DNA from: a virus
IMG/VR virus record: IMGVR_UViG_3300040751_002893
Span: 25,684 to 89,683 of that record
Direction: 5' to 3' (one strand)
DNA length: 64,000 nt
Shown here: in pieces, positions 48,109 through 57,937 of the stretch
How positions within the stretch are numbered: the stretch's first letter is position 1
Layout: the number at the start of each line of letters is the position of its first letter
Translations under genes and position numbers: made by a program
The notes under the pieces: model-generated
What the model saw: only the letters and a program-made list of their open reading frames with translations
Database searches by the model: none
Told to the model about the DNA's origin: nothing

Positions 48109-48321
48109 CTAACTTTTCCATATTATCTCCGGTTCTTTAATACAGTCTTTCTCGTTCGGATCAAGAAAGAGAAGTGCGTTCTTTGTCATTATGTGCTGAG
48201 TATGTTTGTGAGACTTTGGGCTAATCCATCTTACTAAGACTTTGTATCCATGGTCTTCAAGTACCACACCAAAACCCAATATTTCAAAGAACTTTTGTTG
48301 TTTATGTCTCACTAGTGTCAT
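48109..48321 (-). CDS. SH3-like miniprotein
   Basis: LVRHK..LGFGVV..VRW, similar to 41853-42041. Confidence 0.55.
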   Translation of the reverse strand: MTLVRHKQQKFFEILGFGVVLEDHGYKVLVRWISPKSHKHTQHIMTKNALLFLDPNEKDCIKEPEIIWKS

Positions 48322-48565
48322 CAGTCACCTCTTTGGCTAGATGAGCAATGGTATCGTCACAACCACCAACAAGAATCTCTTTGTTATCTATAATTGTAAC
48401 AACAGGAATAGTTGGGTGGCTGTACATCTTCTTGATCTCTTCAAGTTTTTCTGGATTTTCATCAAGCATTTCAACATAAAAGCATTTGCCTTTTCTGATT
48501 AGCTTGTTGACTACCTTGATGCAGTAAGGACATGTTGACCTTCCATAAACTATGTATTTTTTCAT
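48302..48565 (-). CDS. Glutaredoxin
   Basis: CPYC, TIP and VGGCDD. Confidence 0.9.
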   Translation of the reverse strand: MKKYIVYGRSTCPYCIKVVNKLIRKGKCFYVEMLDENPEKLEEIKKMYSHPTIPVVTIIDNKEILVGGCDDTIAHLAKEVTDDTSET

Positions 48566-48618
48566 TGTTCCTCCGTTTTCTAATTGTTTTAGTTGAAAAA
48601 TAATTGTTTTAGACAGAA

Positions 48619-48912
48619 CTAATCTCTCAGTAACTGTTTAAAACTTTGCTTTTGTATCTTTGTCTCAATCAAACCAGGGTCTCCAACAACTGTAACATTG
48701 GAAACATAAGAAGAGAAATTCATTCTAATGTCCGTGAATGTTGTGAAGTTCTGATTAAGTCCCAGACCTATCTTCCCTTCTTGCAGTTGCTGTTTAATCT
48801 GTCGGTTCTCTTGCATGAATACAATTTGATTAGGGTTTACATATATCGTATTCAACATGTAATTTCCTTTTGAGTCTTTCTTGATCTCCACCAATTCTAC
48901 TAATGTGCTCAT
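48619..48912 (-). CDS. Hypothetical protein
   Basis: Operon-coupled ORF; IYVNPNQIV. Confidence 0.6.
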   Translation of the reverse strand: MSTLVELVEIKKDSKGNYMLNTIYVNPNQIVFMQENRQIKQQLQEGKIGLGLNQNFTTFTDIRMNFSSYVSNVTVVGDPGLIETKIQKQSFKQLLRD

Positions 48913-49124
48913 TACGCTACTCCTACATATCTAACATCTTTTGTGTCTACTCTCCAGTAGTTCTCATTGATAAACAACAATGCTTGTCTACCAACATACT
49001 TGATAAAAATACCAAGCGTTGGCTTTTGAAGATATGTGTATTTATCAATGAGGTGAAGTTCCGACTGTGTTTGTGTTAAACAACTGTTAGCCGGAACCCT
49101 TACGAGATCACCCTTCGCTAGCAT
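48912..49124 (-). CDS. SH3/KOW-like miniprotein
   Basis: KGDLVRV..LGIF. Confidence 0.55.
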   Translation of the reverse strand: MLAKGDLVRVPANSCLTQTQSELHLIDKYTYLQKPTLGIFIKYVGRQALLFINENYWRVDTKDVRYVGVA

Positions 49125-49425
49125 CGGGAACCTCCGGTTGTTGTATTTGTTGTGGCTGTTCTTGTTGCTCTTTGGCTCCGAAGTAGCCTTGAAGAATCAT
49201 CTCGTTGTCTGCAAGGATAGCATCAAACTTTGCTAACTCTTGTCTACATGAGTCAATTCTAGATTTAACTTGCCAACCGATAGCACGGCCATCTTCAAGT
49301 TGATCGATAAGGTTCTCCATAGTTGTAGTAACCTCATCTAGATGTTGCCTTGCTTCTTCAAGCATACGCGCACATTCACTCGGCACATCATCTAGATCTA
49401 CCGAATAACTAATTCTTACTCTCAT
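49108..49425 (-). CDS. Hypothetical coiled-coil protein
   Basis: GGAGG RBS; promoter TTGACA-N17-TATAAT at 49447-49475. Confidence 0.6.
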   Translation of the reverse strand: MRVRISYSVDLDDVPSECARMLEEARQHLDEVTTTMENLIDQLEDGRAIGWQVKSRIDSCRQELAKFDAILADNEMILQGYFGAKEQQEQPQQIQQPEVPDASEG

Positions 49426-49471
49426 ATTACCTCCAAGTATATTAATATTATAACATGTTTTAGAGCATTTG

Positions 49472-49738
49472 TCAAGTAGTAATTATCATTTTATATGCTG
49501 TGGTCATAATAAGACCAAAGATACTTGAGATAACAAACCATTGAATTTTAGACTGGTTTTCTTTCCACTGTTCCAAAGCTCTAAGGCGAGCATACAACCC
49601 TTCATCTGGATTATATACCGCCTCTTTAATTTTCTTTACATCCTCAACCATTTCTTCTTGGCGTTCGGACATTCTTTCAATCTGACCTTTTAGCTCCATA
49701 ATGGCTTGGGTCAAGTGCGTTATGTCACTATTAGTCAT
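49472..49738 (-). CDS. Coiled-coil protein with C-terminal TM helix (holin/XhlA-like candidate)
   Basis: Start MTNSDI; TM segment IQWFVISSIFGLIM. Confidence 0.5.
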   Translation of the reverse strand: MTNSDITHLTQAIMELKGQIERMSERQEEMVEDVKKIKEAVYNPDEGLYARLRALEQWKENQSKIQWFVISSIFGLIMTTAYKMIITT

Positions 49739-49764
49739 AGCATGTTCCTCCACTATAAATAGTC

Positions 49765-51339
49765 TCAGGAACTTACAATAGCGTGGCTCGTAGTGATAAT
49801 AGTTGAGGATACAGACACCGCATTTTGCAGTGCACACTTTGTAACCTTAACCGGATCAATAACTCCTGAGTCTAGGAGATTAACTATATCGCCAGTTAAA
49901 AAGTTCATACCATGATTGAATGTTGTGGTATCACGAACCTGCTGAACAACAAGGTCAGGTGATAAGCCAGCGTTCTTTGCCATTTGACGAATAGGCTCTT
50001 CAACTGCTTCGATAACAATCTTAGCGCCCAAGGCTTGTTCATCGTTGTCTGCTTGAATCTGGATATCAGATACAGATTTTAGCAATGAAACACCGCCACC
50101 GGGAACGATACCTTCTTCTTGTGCTGAACGAACTGCTTCCAAAGCATCATCGATACGATGCTTCTTCTCAATCATTTCAACTTCAGTTGCAGCACCGACC
50201 TTTATGACGGCCACTCCGGATGCCAATCTAGTGATTCGCTCTTGATGACGCTCACAGACTCGCAAATCTTCTTCTTCAGATATGAGGGCCTTAACCGCCT
50301 CAATACGCTTTTCAATCTCTTCCTCATCGCCTTTGCCTCCTACGATAGTCGTCCATGCTTTTGATACTGTTATTTTCTTTGCTTGACCGAAGTGAGTTAA
50401 CTTGACATCTCGGAGGGTCAAACTATTCTCTCTTGTTACAAAAGTCGCACCAACAGAAGCGCAAAGGTCTTTGAGGATGTTACGTCTTTCTTCTCCGTAT
50501 CTCGGAGCCTTGACAGCAGCAACTTTCATTGTGCCACGGACAGCATTTGCAATTACAGCAGCAAGTGCTTGACCTTCCATTTCACCAGCAACAATAATGA
50601 GAGGACGAGACTCTCTCGCAGCTAGTTCTAGAGTAGGTAAAATTTGCTCTATAGTCTCAACTTTTTCATCTGTAACGAGCAGTAGAGGACTATCGTAGTC
50701 TACGGTGCCGGCACGTTCGTTCGTGATAAATGTAGGCGAAATATAGCCACTATCGAAACGAAATCCTTCGATGAGATCAAGTGATGTGTTAACAGAGCGA
50801 GCCTCTTCAACAAGGACAGTTCCATCTTTACCTGCTGCATCGATAGCCTTGGAGATTAATGTTCCAATAGACTTGTCGTTGTTAGCAGAGATAGTTGCAA
50901 TATGATAGATATCTTGTTCTGTCTGAATAGGTCTCGCATGCTCTGCAAGTTTCTCACAGATAACTTCACATGCCTTATCCATACCACGTTTAAGTTCAAT
51001 AGGAGAAACACCAGAGGTCAGATACTTCTGAGCCTTGTTGATAATTCCTCTCGTTAAGACGGTGGTGGTTGTGGTTCCATCACCAGCCTTGTTTGCGGAT
51101 TGCTCTGCCGCTTGCTTAAGAATCTGAACACCAACGTTTTCAAACGGGTCATCAAGTTCCACAAACTTTGCGATGGTTACACCATCTTTTGTGATCACAG
51201 GAATGTTTTGCTTCTTATCATAAAGAATTACATTGCGTCCCTTTGGGCCAAGGGTTGTTCCCACGTTATCCGCAAGAACATTCATACCCTTTAAGATCTT
51301 CTCGTTGAGAGAAGAACCGTTGTTATATTGTTTTGACAT
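49765..51339 (-). CDS. groEL: Chaperonin GroEL
   Basis: TLGPKGRNV, ITKDGVT, AGDGTTT, GIVPGGG and GVIDPVKV; no GGM tail. Confidence 0.95.
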   Translation of the reverse strand: MSKQYNNGSSLNEKILKGMNVLADNVGTTLGPKGRNVILYDKKQNIPVITKDGVTIAKFVELDDPFENVGVQILKQAAEQSANKAGDGTTTTTVLTRGIINKAQKYLTSGVSPIELKRGMDKACEVICEKLAEHARPIQTEQDIYHIATISANNDKSIGTLISKAIDAAGKDGTVLVEEARSVNTSLDLIEGFRFDSGYISPTFITNERAGTVDYDSPLLLVTDEKVETIEQILPTLELAARESRPLIIVAGEMEGQALAAVIANAVRGTMKVAAVKAPRYGEERRNILKDLCASVGATFVTRENSLTLRDVKLTHFGQAKKITVSKAWTTIVGGKGDEEEIEKRIEAVKALISEEEDLRVCERHQERITRLASGVAVIKVGAATEVEMIEKKHRIDDALEAVRSAQEEGIVPGGGVSLLKSVSDIQIQADNDEQALGAKIVIEAVEEPIRQMAKNAGLSPDLVVQQVRDTTTFNHGMNFLTGDIVNLLDSGVIDPVKVTKCALQNAVSVSSTIITTSHAIVSS

Positions 51340-51353
51340 TGAACCTCCAAATG

Positions 51354-52925
51354 TTATTTGTTCATATTATATAATATAACACGCTCAATGAGTTTGTCAA
51401 GGTCTTTTAGTGATTTTTTTTGATTTTTTTTGTTTTCTTCTAAAGTCGTGCCATCTAAGCCCTTTTTAATTTGCCCTTTATAAACGAAATCAAAAATTGA
51501 AGATATTTTTTCTAGACCTTGCTCCATTTGCATCATTGCTCTTAGAGCCTCATTGCCTGAATTATCTTCTCCTGTTGACATAAAAGACTTTAGTTTTTCA
51601 TCTGCTACATATGAAAAACTAGAGATCTGATTGTATGCCTGAAGTGCGGCCTTGTGTTGACCTTTTTTGTCATTTAGTTTGTTAGAAATATCCCCCAACA
51701 ATTGTTGTCTTAACGACTTAGAAGTTTTAGTTTCTTTTTCAACATAAAGTGTGATGGGATTAACCATTGTTTCTTCTCCACCTAAATAAACATAACTTTT
51801 TGCTTGTCGATAAATTAAATCTCCTGCAGGGTTTCTTATAACAAAATCTTTTCCATTGGGAGTTATAACAGTCAAAAGATAAATATCAATAGCGGCTATT
51901 TCACGAGGTGCTGATGTACCAGTGCTGATCGCAGTTGATGCTGAGTCTGATTTTTTATGTGCGACAATATAAATATAAGGAACATTTAAGTCAAAACCGC
52001 CTGGTGCTTGCTTTATTGAGGTGTAGTCCACTTTTCCATAGTATTTAGCGGAACCATTCACTCCTTTGTTGGTAATAAAATCAGTCGCTGCCATTTTTCC
52101 AGAAGCAGTGGTTTGTTTCCCAGTTACCCTACCTCCAGACAAAAGGGCCAGCATTGACTCAAATTCATATGCTGCTGCACCAGCATCTATTTCCTTTACA
52201 ACTGTTGTGACATAATCTAGAAACAAGACAGTCGCCAACAAATCAGATTCTTTTTTAAAAGTATTTTGAATTTCTTCTGCGTTTCCTTTCCATCCTTTAC
52301 CTGGGGTCGCCTTATATACTAACTCTGTAAGTTTCGAAATTTTCTCTATTCTTTCACTAAAATTATTTATTCCCTCAAACACAACGTTAACAGAGGTAGC
52401 CAAACCCTCCGGAAAACTACCTAATCTTGTGGCTTCATTTGCAGGGTCTGCTGAAATGGTTTGAAGTTTTTTAAAGGCCATTGATTTTATATCATCTGCT
52501 GATACTATTTTAGTGGGTTTGTTTGGGTCAAACGCATCTATGTCTTTAACTGCTTTTACATCTCCAGATTTAACAGCGTCTGCTGTGTCTTTTGCTCTAC
52601 TTGCGGCATTTTTATAAGCAGTTTTGCCTTTTAAAAATTTTTCTGCGTCATCATAAGTTTTACCGTCATCATCTAAAAAAGCCTTATATAAATCAGTGGG
52701 AGTAAAGTTTTTAGGACTACCATCCTCAGCACTTAAATCTTCAAATTCATCTTTGGTTATTTTAGATACACTAGATCCAAATTCTTTATAAAAACCGTCA
52801 GCATCTGTATTAACTGTTTTTTTGTCTTTTCTAGAAAGACCCGGTAATTTGATATTAATTTCCTTTTCACTCAACACCTGCTCAATTAATAAATCAAGTT
52901 TGTCTTTCGTTAATTTATTTGCCAT
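51354..52925 (-). CDS. Large hypothetical protein with MKLT-like termini
   Basis: MANKLTKDKLDLLIEQVLSE; YEFESMLALLSGG..TDF..SAK. Confidence 0.6.
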   Translation of the reverse strand: MANKLTKDKLDLLIEQVLSEKEINIKLPGLSRKDKKTVNTDADGFYKEFGSSVSKITKDEFEDLSAEDGSPKNFTPTDLYKAFLDDDGKTYDDAEKFLKGKTAYKNAASRAKDTADAVKSGDVKAVKDIDAFDPNKPTKIVSADDIKSMAFKKLQTISADPANEATRLGSFPEGLATSVNVVFEGINNFSERIEKISKLTELVYKATPGKGWKGNAEEIQNTFKKESDLLATVLFLDYVTTVVKEIDAGAAAYEFESMLALLSGGRVTGKQTTASGKMAATDFITNKGVNGSAKYYGKVDYTSIKQAPGGFDLNVPYIYIVAHKKSDSASTAISTGTSAPREIAAIDIYLLTVITPNGKDFVIRNPAGDLIYRQAKSYVYLGGEETMVNPITLYVEKETKTSKSLRQQLLGDISNKLNDKKGQHKAALQAYNQISSFSYVADEKLKSFMSTGEDNSGNEALRAMMQMEQGLEKISSIFDFVYKGQIKKGLDGTTLEENKKNQKKSLKDLDKLIERVILYNMNK

Positions 52926-53805
52926 TTTTGATATCCTCCACAATACTTTTAAGGTCTAAGCCAGCACAGTCAATTTTGTTCTTCACAACATTAAAATGGT
53001 GAACGAACCCTTTATACTTTCCGGAAGCAACTTCTCTGACAACGGTATCTCCTTCGGGTGCTTCCAAAGGAATACCAAGAGCATTGTGCACTGCTTCCAT
53101 AAGTGCCTTCAATGCTTCTTTCTGAACGGGATAGAAGTCCATGAATGGTTCCATCTTCTTTCCGTGAACAGTTGCGTCTGTTATCATTGGTCTCTCACCA
53201 AAGCCGTTCTTCTTGTACCAGTTTTGATACTTCGGATAATAAGCATTGGAGATCTCCACACCAACAGACTTCTTATTTACCATTTGCTTAGATGCATGCC
53301 AAGCAATATGGTTCATGTCAAGGAACTGATAGATAGTTCCGTCATTATCAATAGCAAAGTGTATTGATGCTGAACGGCTTGTCTTATTCAGAACCCTGAA
53401 GCATGACTTGCTATTAAGACAAACATCCCAATGAGCCACGAACATGGACACTTGACGCTTGCGTTTCATATGCTTATACCCATTGTCGTGTTCCATTCCA
53501 CCCGGATCTGAAGGGAGAACAACCTTGTCCCATTTGATTGGAAACTTCTTTCCTTTGTAGAGAATAGCCTTCTCTCCTTCTTGAATCTCAACATGATTAT
53601 CATATTCTTCTTGAGCCTCACGATGAGCCACGAGTCTACGATATGTTCCAGGCCCAAGAAGCCCATCAGGTTTAAGCCCGTTCTCTCGTTGAAAAGCACG
53701 AATCTTTCTAATCAAAGCATTGTCGAAACCTCTTGCTCCAAGCCATGAAGGGTCCCAGCCCAATGATTGGGCCGAGGACTCATTGTAAAATATCTTGTCT
53801 ACCAT
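52915..53805 (-). CDS. N-acetylmuramoyl-L-alanine amidase with PG-binding domain (endolysin)
   Basis: FQRENGLKPDGLLGPGT; SIHFAIDNDGTIYQ..AWHA; SVGVEI. Confidence 0.88.
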   Translation of the reverse strand: MVDKIFYNESSAQSLGWDPSWLGARGFDNALIRKIRAFQRENGLKPDGLLGPGTYRRLVAHREAQEEYDNHVEIQEGEKAILYKGKKFPIKWDKVVLPSDPGGMEHDNGYKHMKRKRQVSMFVAHWDVCLNSKSCFRVLNKTSRSASIHFAIDNDGTIYQFLDMNHIAWHASKQMVNKKSVGVEISNAYYPKYQNWYKKNGFGERPMITDATVHGKKMEPFMDFYPVQKEALKALMEAVHNALGIPLEAPEGDTVVREVASGKYKGFVHHFNVVKNKIDCAGLDLKSIVEDIKNGK

Positions 53806-53814
53806 AAATAACCT

Positions 53815-54522
53815 CTAAATAATAATATCTGCTAATCCATACTCAACTGCTTCTTCTGCTGTCAAATATACATTAACTCTCTCATTAAGTAGTGATTTAA
53901 GCTTTCTTTTTGACAAATTTGTGCAAGAAGCCATAGCAGTAATATATTGATCTTGAAGTTTTTGAATAGCATCAAGTTCAGTTGTCATGTTGAATAGAGG
54001 ACCGAATGCACCAGCAGAAACTTGATGTAGCATAACGCGACAGTTTTTAGAAATTTTGCGCTTTCCTTTCGTACCGGCAGCAAGTATAAGGGTGCCTGCT
54101 GACATAACCTTTCCGAGCCCAACTGTTTCAATTACGCATGATTTTTTACACATTTCCATGATATCATAGATAGCAAACATTTCATCTGCTGAACCACCAT
54201 AAGTTGACACATACATTGTGATTGGATCATAAGGCATCTCGCCTTTTTGAAGGTTTTTCTTTGGTGCCTTGAGGTGCGCAAGAGCCAAGAAGCCTGAGAT
54301 AATCTCTCCTGCTTTCTCTTCATTTACTTCACCTTGCAGAAGCATTGTTCTGCTTTCCATCTCTTCTGCCATACCAGACAACAATGCTTGAACATCAATC
54401 GCTGGCTGGGCTTGTTCGGAGGTTTCTTCTGTAACTTCCTGTTCGGTTTCTTCAACCTTTGCTTTCTTTTTTGTCTTTTTCTCTTTTGCGAACCTTACGA
54501 TTCTTTCTATAATGTGTTTCAT
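53815..54522 (-). CDS. clpP: ClpP-like protease subunit
   Basis: STYGGS, GKVMSAG, MLHQ and LTAEEAVEYGLAD; start MKHIIE. Confidence 0.85.
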   Translation of the reverse strand: MKHIIERIVRFAKEKKTKKKAKVEETEQEVTEETSEQAQPAIDVQALLSGMAEEMESRTMLLQGEVNEEKAGEIISGFLALAHLKAPKKNLQKGEMPYDPITMYVSTYGGSADEMFAIYDIMEMCKKSCVIETVGLGKVMSAGTLILAAGTKGKRKISKNCRVMLHQVSAGAFGPLFNMTTELDAIQKLQDQYITAMASCTNLSKRKLKSLLNERVNVYLTAEEAVEYGLADIII

Positions 54523-54575
54523 ATATAACCTCCTAAGTAAAAAAAAGACCGAGGATTTCTGCCCCCAGTCTTTAT

Positions 54576-54604
54576 AATATAACACAATTTTATGTAACTG
54601 TCAA
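54576..54604 (-). promoter_or_regulatory. sigma70-type promoter
   Basis: TTGACA-N17-TATATT. Confidence 0.6.
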
Positions 54605-54611
54605 GAAATAT

Positions 54612-55130
54612 TTATCGTTTGCGACCAAGAGCCTCGTTCATACGCTTGTGAGCACGTTTTGCTTCAACGATACGCTTTGCAACACGACGAGCAACTTCAT
54701 TGACGATTTGCTCTTGCATTTCTTCTTCCTCTTCAGGTGTTGGCTCAACATCAACATCTTCAAGTTCAGCGTCCATATCCATGTCCATGTCAGGCTCTTC
54801 TTCATCACCCATATCCATTTCAGGCTCTTCTTCTGCGCCCATAGCACCAGAAAGAGCAGATACAAGATCTTGAAGTGCTTCTAAACCTTCTTCCGCTTTA
54901 GCAATCTTTTCGTCTTCAATCTCAACATCGGCATCGTCCATTTCTGGAGCTTCTGGAGCTTCATCTTCGACTTCAACGTCAAGCTCAGCTTCCATTTCAG
55001 CAGGCTCTTCCATTGCTTCTTCTTCTGTAAGTGCTTCTTCGTCCATACCATAGGACTCGTTAATATTTTTGATACCAGCAAGGCCCATGAAGCGACGGAC
55101 TTGTGATTCAGATAAAAGTTTCTTTTTCAT
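54612..55130 (-). CDS. Very acidic protein (scaffold-like)
   Basis: LLSESQVRRFMGLAGI; E/D/M-rich core. Confidence 0.65.
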   Translation of the reverse strand: MKKKLLSESQVRRFMGLAGIKNINESYGMDEEALTEEEAMEEPAEMEAELDVEVEDEAPEAPEMDDADVEIEDEKIAKAEEGLEALQDLVSALSGAMGAEEEPEMDMGDEEEPDMDMDMDAELEDVDVEPTPEEEEEMQEQIVNEVARRVAKRIVEAKRAHKRMNEALGRKR

Positions 55131-55204
55131 TGTTTAAATCTCCTTAATAACACAATTTATAATAAATAGAACATTAAAAGCAAAAAATGCCTTTATTTAA
55201 GTTT

Positions 55205-55492
55205 TTATACTTGAAACTCAAATACATATGTGCCATCATCTTGCATCTCTGGGGCATAGTGATCAATGTTGGCTTTTTCATCGTATTCTTCATAAGTTTT
55301 TTCTGATACATTCTTCACATATATCAAAGCAAGATTACGATTTTGGGCGGCGGTGGAACTTACCTCTGATTCTATCTCAGACATACTCATACCTGATCCG
55401 TCAATATACTCTTTATTGCTAGATTCTTGCTCTGTCATTCTGCTTAGTTCTTCACGAATAAGTTTTTTCAAGCGTTCTGTTGTTAATTTCAT
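55205..55492 (-). CDS. MKLT-motif protein
   Basis: MKLTTERLKKLIREEL. Confidence 0.7.
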   Translation of the reverse strand: MKLTTERLKKLIREELSRMTEQESSNKEYIDGSGMSMSEIESEVSSTAAQNRNLALIYVKNVSEKTYEEYDEKANIDHYAPEMQDDGTYVFEFQV

Positions 55493-55531
55493 AATATATT
55501 CTCCAATGTTGCTATAAATAGTTAGTTTTTG

Positions 55532-55858
55532 CTATAAATCCGGAAACTCTTCTTCAATAAGATCAAATATATTTTCCAATTCTTCATCCGCAATTCCGAA
55601 CTTATTCAATAGATCTTCAGATTTCTCTATATCTTTTTTTCTATACTTTATATTTCGCTTTGAATCTTTACCATTGGCCATTCTATAGTCTTCAAAGAAT
55701 TCCAACAGTCTTTGATCTTTAGCTAAATATCCATCAATCAAACAACGAAAGAATTCGGCTTGCGTCATACTATCGTATTGCAGCCGAACCTTAAGTTGTG
55801 CGTGTTTGTGAGTTGAACTCTCAAAAACAATTCTCTTTGTTTTGTCTTTCTTATCCAT
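55532..55858 (-). CDS. Hypothetical protein (ribbon-helix-helix-like N-terminus)
   Basis: KRIVFE..HAQLK..MTQAEFFR. Confidence 0.5.
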   Translation of the reverse strand: MDKKDKTKRIVFESSTHKHAQLKVRLQYDSMTQAEFFRCLIDGYLAKDQRLLEFFEDYRMANGKDSKRNIKYRKKDIEKSEDLLNKFGIADEELENIFDLIEEEFPDL

Positions 55859-55865
55859 AACTTAA

Positions 55866-56282
55866 TTAGTTTCCGGTTGAACCAAATCCACCAAGACCAC
55901 GATCAGAATCTGGTAGGTTGGCGACCTGAACGAATTGAATAGATGGAATTGGAACAAGCATAAGTTGGCCAACTCTATCACCGACTTCATATTCTTTGTC
56001 TCCGCTCTTATCAAACTTTAACATAATCTCACCACGATAACCACTGTCGATAACACCAACAGCATTACACAAGCGAAGATTGGTCTTTGATACAGATGAC
56101 CTTGGGAACAAAAGACCGACATGGTTATCGGGTATTTCCATAGCAAGACCGGTTCCGTAGCAAGTGTTACCATGATCATCTTCCCATTTACGGACAGACA
56201 CCAAGTCAACAGCAGCATCTCCGAAGTTTGCATACTTTGGCAATACAGCATCAGGATGCACTTTTTTAACTCTTATTCTCAT
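55866..56282 (-). CDS. dut: dUTPase
   Basis: DAAVDL, PRSS, GVIDSGYRGEI and RGLGGFGSTG. Confidence 0.95.
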   Translation of the reverse strand: MRIRVKKVHPDAVLPKYANFGDAAVDLVSVRKWEDDHGNTCYGTGLAMEIPDNHVGLLFPRSSVSKTNLRLCNAVGVIDSGYRGEIMLKFDKSGDKEYEVGDRVGQLMLVPIPSIQFVQVANLPDSDRGLGGFGSTGN

Positions 56283-56538
56283 TCATTTCCTCCTTTGTTT
56301 CTTTAATGAAGTTTCTCGCCCAATCCATACAAGGTGGGCAATATAAGTTTACCTTGTTCTCTTGTTCGCGAACAACAACCGTCCAAGTCATAGCCATTTT
56401 CTTTGACTTCTTGTCGTATGGTTTGTCGCAGTTGGTGCATTTATCGGGAAGTTTATCAAAAAGCCCAATCTTTTTATCAAGATCAGGCTTCTTTTTTATT
56501 CCCAACTTTCTTCGTTGGGCTCTATTCATCGCCACCAT
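56266..56538 (-). CDS. Zn-ribbon protein
   Basis: MNRAQRR; CTNC..YCPPC. Confidence 0.6.
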   Translation of the reverse strand: MVAMNRAQRRKLGIKKKPDLDKKIGLFDKLPDKCTNCDKPYDKKSKKMAMTWTVVVREQENKVNLYCPPCMDWARNFIKETKEEMNENKS

Positions 56539-56933
56539 CCATAATCATCGTTATAGTCGTCTAGATAATCATCGTCATCATAAGGGTCATCATATGACCA
56601 ATCATCATCGTCATCATAAAAATATGAATAAGAAGGGTTGTTTTGACTACGAGCTTCATATTTTCGCTCTAGAGCTTCATAATTATAGGTCGCAACCCAG
56701 CCGTCAAGAACAACATATTTAACACTGAGACCTGAATCGAGCCGGTCTTCTTTTGTAATGTTCATTACTATTCTACCGTCTGGCATTTCGCACCACTCTT
56801 TTTTGTGCCGCTCTTTTAAAGATTGAAGAAATTCTTGTTGGTTTTTCCAACCATTTTCTTTTATGTTTTCAAAAATGCCACACTCTTGGAATGCAGCAAC
56901 ATGAAAAGCTAACTCTTTAACTCTCATCTTCAT
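56526..56933 (-). CDS. Hypothetical protein with D/Y-rich tail
   Basis: Operon-coupled ORF. Confidence 0.55.
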   Translation of the reverse strand: MKMRVKELAFHVAAFQECGIFENIKENGWKNQQEFLQSLKERHKKEWCEMPDGRIVMNITKEDRLDSGLSVKYVVLDGWVATYNYEALERKYEARSQNNPSYSYFYDDDDDWSYDDPYDDDDYLDDYNDDYGWWR

Positions 56934-57225
56934 CCTCCTTCTTGACTCCGTGTTTGCGTCTCAGAGTGATATACATATCCATCAGTTGTGGAATGTCAAT
57001 GTCCTCTTTGAGAAGACGAAGAGCACGAACAGAGAGAGAAATGTCTTCTTTGGAAAGCCATTGCTTCTCAAGATATTCTTTCTTGAGATCTCGCTTCTGT
57101 TCTTTGTAAGGCTCCATCGCTTCTTCGATAGCAACAAGGCTCTCAATGTAATCAGCGATGTGCTCTTCTTTAGACTTTGTGTCTCGGTAATCTTTGTTTA
57201 CCACAATTTTAATATCATTCGTCAT
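56917..57225 (-). CDS. GapR/T4 DsbA-like DNA-binding protein
   Basis: YIESLVAIEE..KEQKRDLKKEY..SVRALRL helical pattern. Confidence 0.5.
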   Translation of the reverse strand: MTNDIKIVVNKDYRDTKSKEEHIADYIESLVAIEEAMEPYKEQKRDLKKEYLEKQWLSKEDISLSVRALRLLKEDIDIPQLMDMYITLRRKHGVKKEDEDES

Positions 57226-57330
57226 GTTTACCTCCTATCTTGTAACGAATCCATACTCCAAGTATGGGCATTGATGAAGCGAATGCAAATAACGCGTTCC
57301 ACTCACCATGACAATTTGTTAAATGTTCCA

Positions 57331-57603
57331 TTAGTTCTCCTTCATAACTCTAAAACAATATTCAAGACCACGAAAATACTTGCGGTCAATCTTAAAGATA
57401 ACACCATCATTTGTTGATGTTATTCTCGCTTCTTTGATAGCCGGCCAGCAACGATCAGCAATCTTTGCGGCAACAGAAGCCATAGCGAACATTTCGATTA
57501 CATCCTCTTCTTTACTATCAATGATAGAAGACTCTGTATCAGGTGGTCCACCTTTACCTTTGAATTTCTTAATAATTTTTTGTTGTAATTTTTTATCTAA
57601 CAT
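57331..57603 (-). CDS. Hypothetical protein
   Basis: AGGAGG RBS; promoter TTGACA-N17-TATAAT at 57624-57652. Confidence 0.6.
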   Translation of the reverse strand: MLDKKLQQKIIKKFKGKGGPPDTESSIIDSKEEDVIEMFAMASVAAKIADRCWPAIKEARITSTNDGVIFKIDRKYFRGLEYCFRVMKEN

Positions 57604-57631
57604 GGTTTCCTCCTTACATTTATATTATAAC

Positions 57632-57937
57632 CTATTTCTTTAGATATGTCAAGTCATTTTCTTCATCTTTTCTATAAAAAAGATCTACACCCCAATGAAA
57701 ACATGTAGATCCATCAAAATATTTGACGAGATAATATTGCTCAAATGACTTGCTCTCTTCTACTATAAATCCTGCTTTGAGTTTGTTGTCGTATTCTATT
57801 ATCTCGTCTCCTGTATTATGGTCGTAACCAATGTTTCTTATAACTTTGGCAAAGACCAGCATTGTTGGATACCCATCGGCTCCAACCTTTTCCATCTCAT
57901 CCATTATTCCTCCTTGTTTGTTGTCATACGTTTCCAT
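57632..57937 (-). CDS. Hypothetical protein
   Basis: Probable start MDEMEK after GGAGG. Confidence 0.5.
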   Translation of the reverse strand: METYDNKQGGIMDEMEKVGADGYPTMLVFAKVIRNIGYDHNTGDEIIEYDNKLKAGFIVEESKSFEQYYLVKYFDGSTCFHWGVDLFYRKDEENDLTYLKK

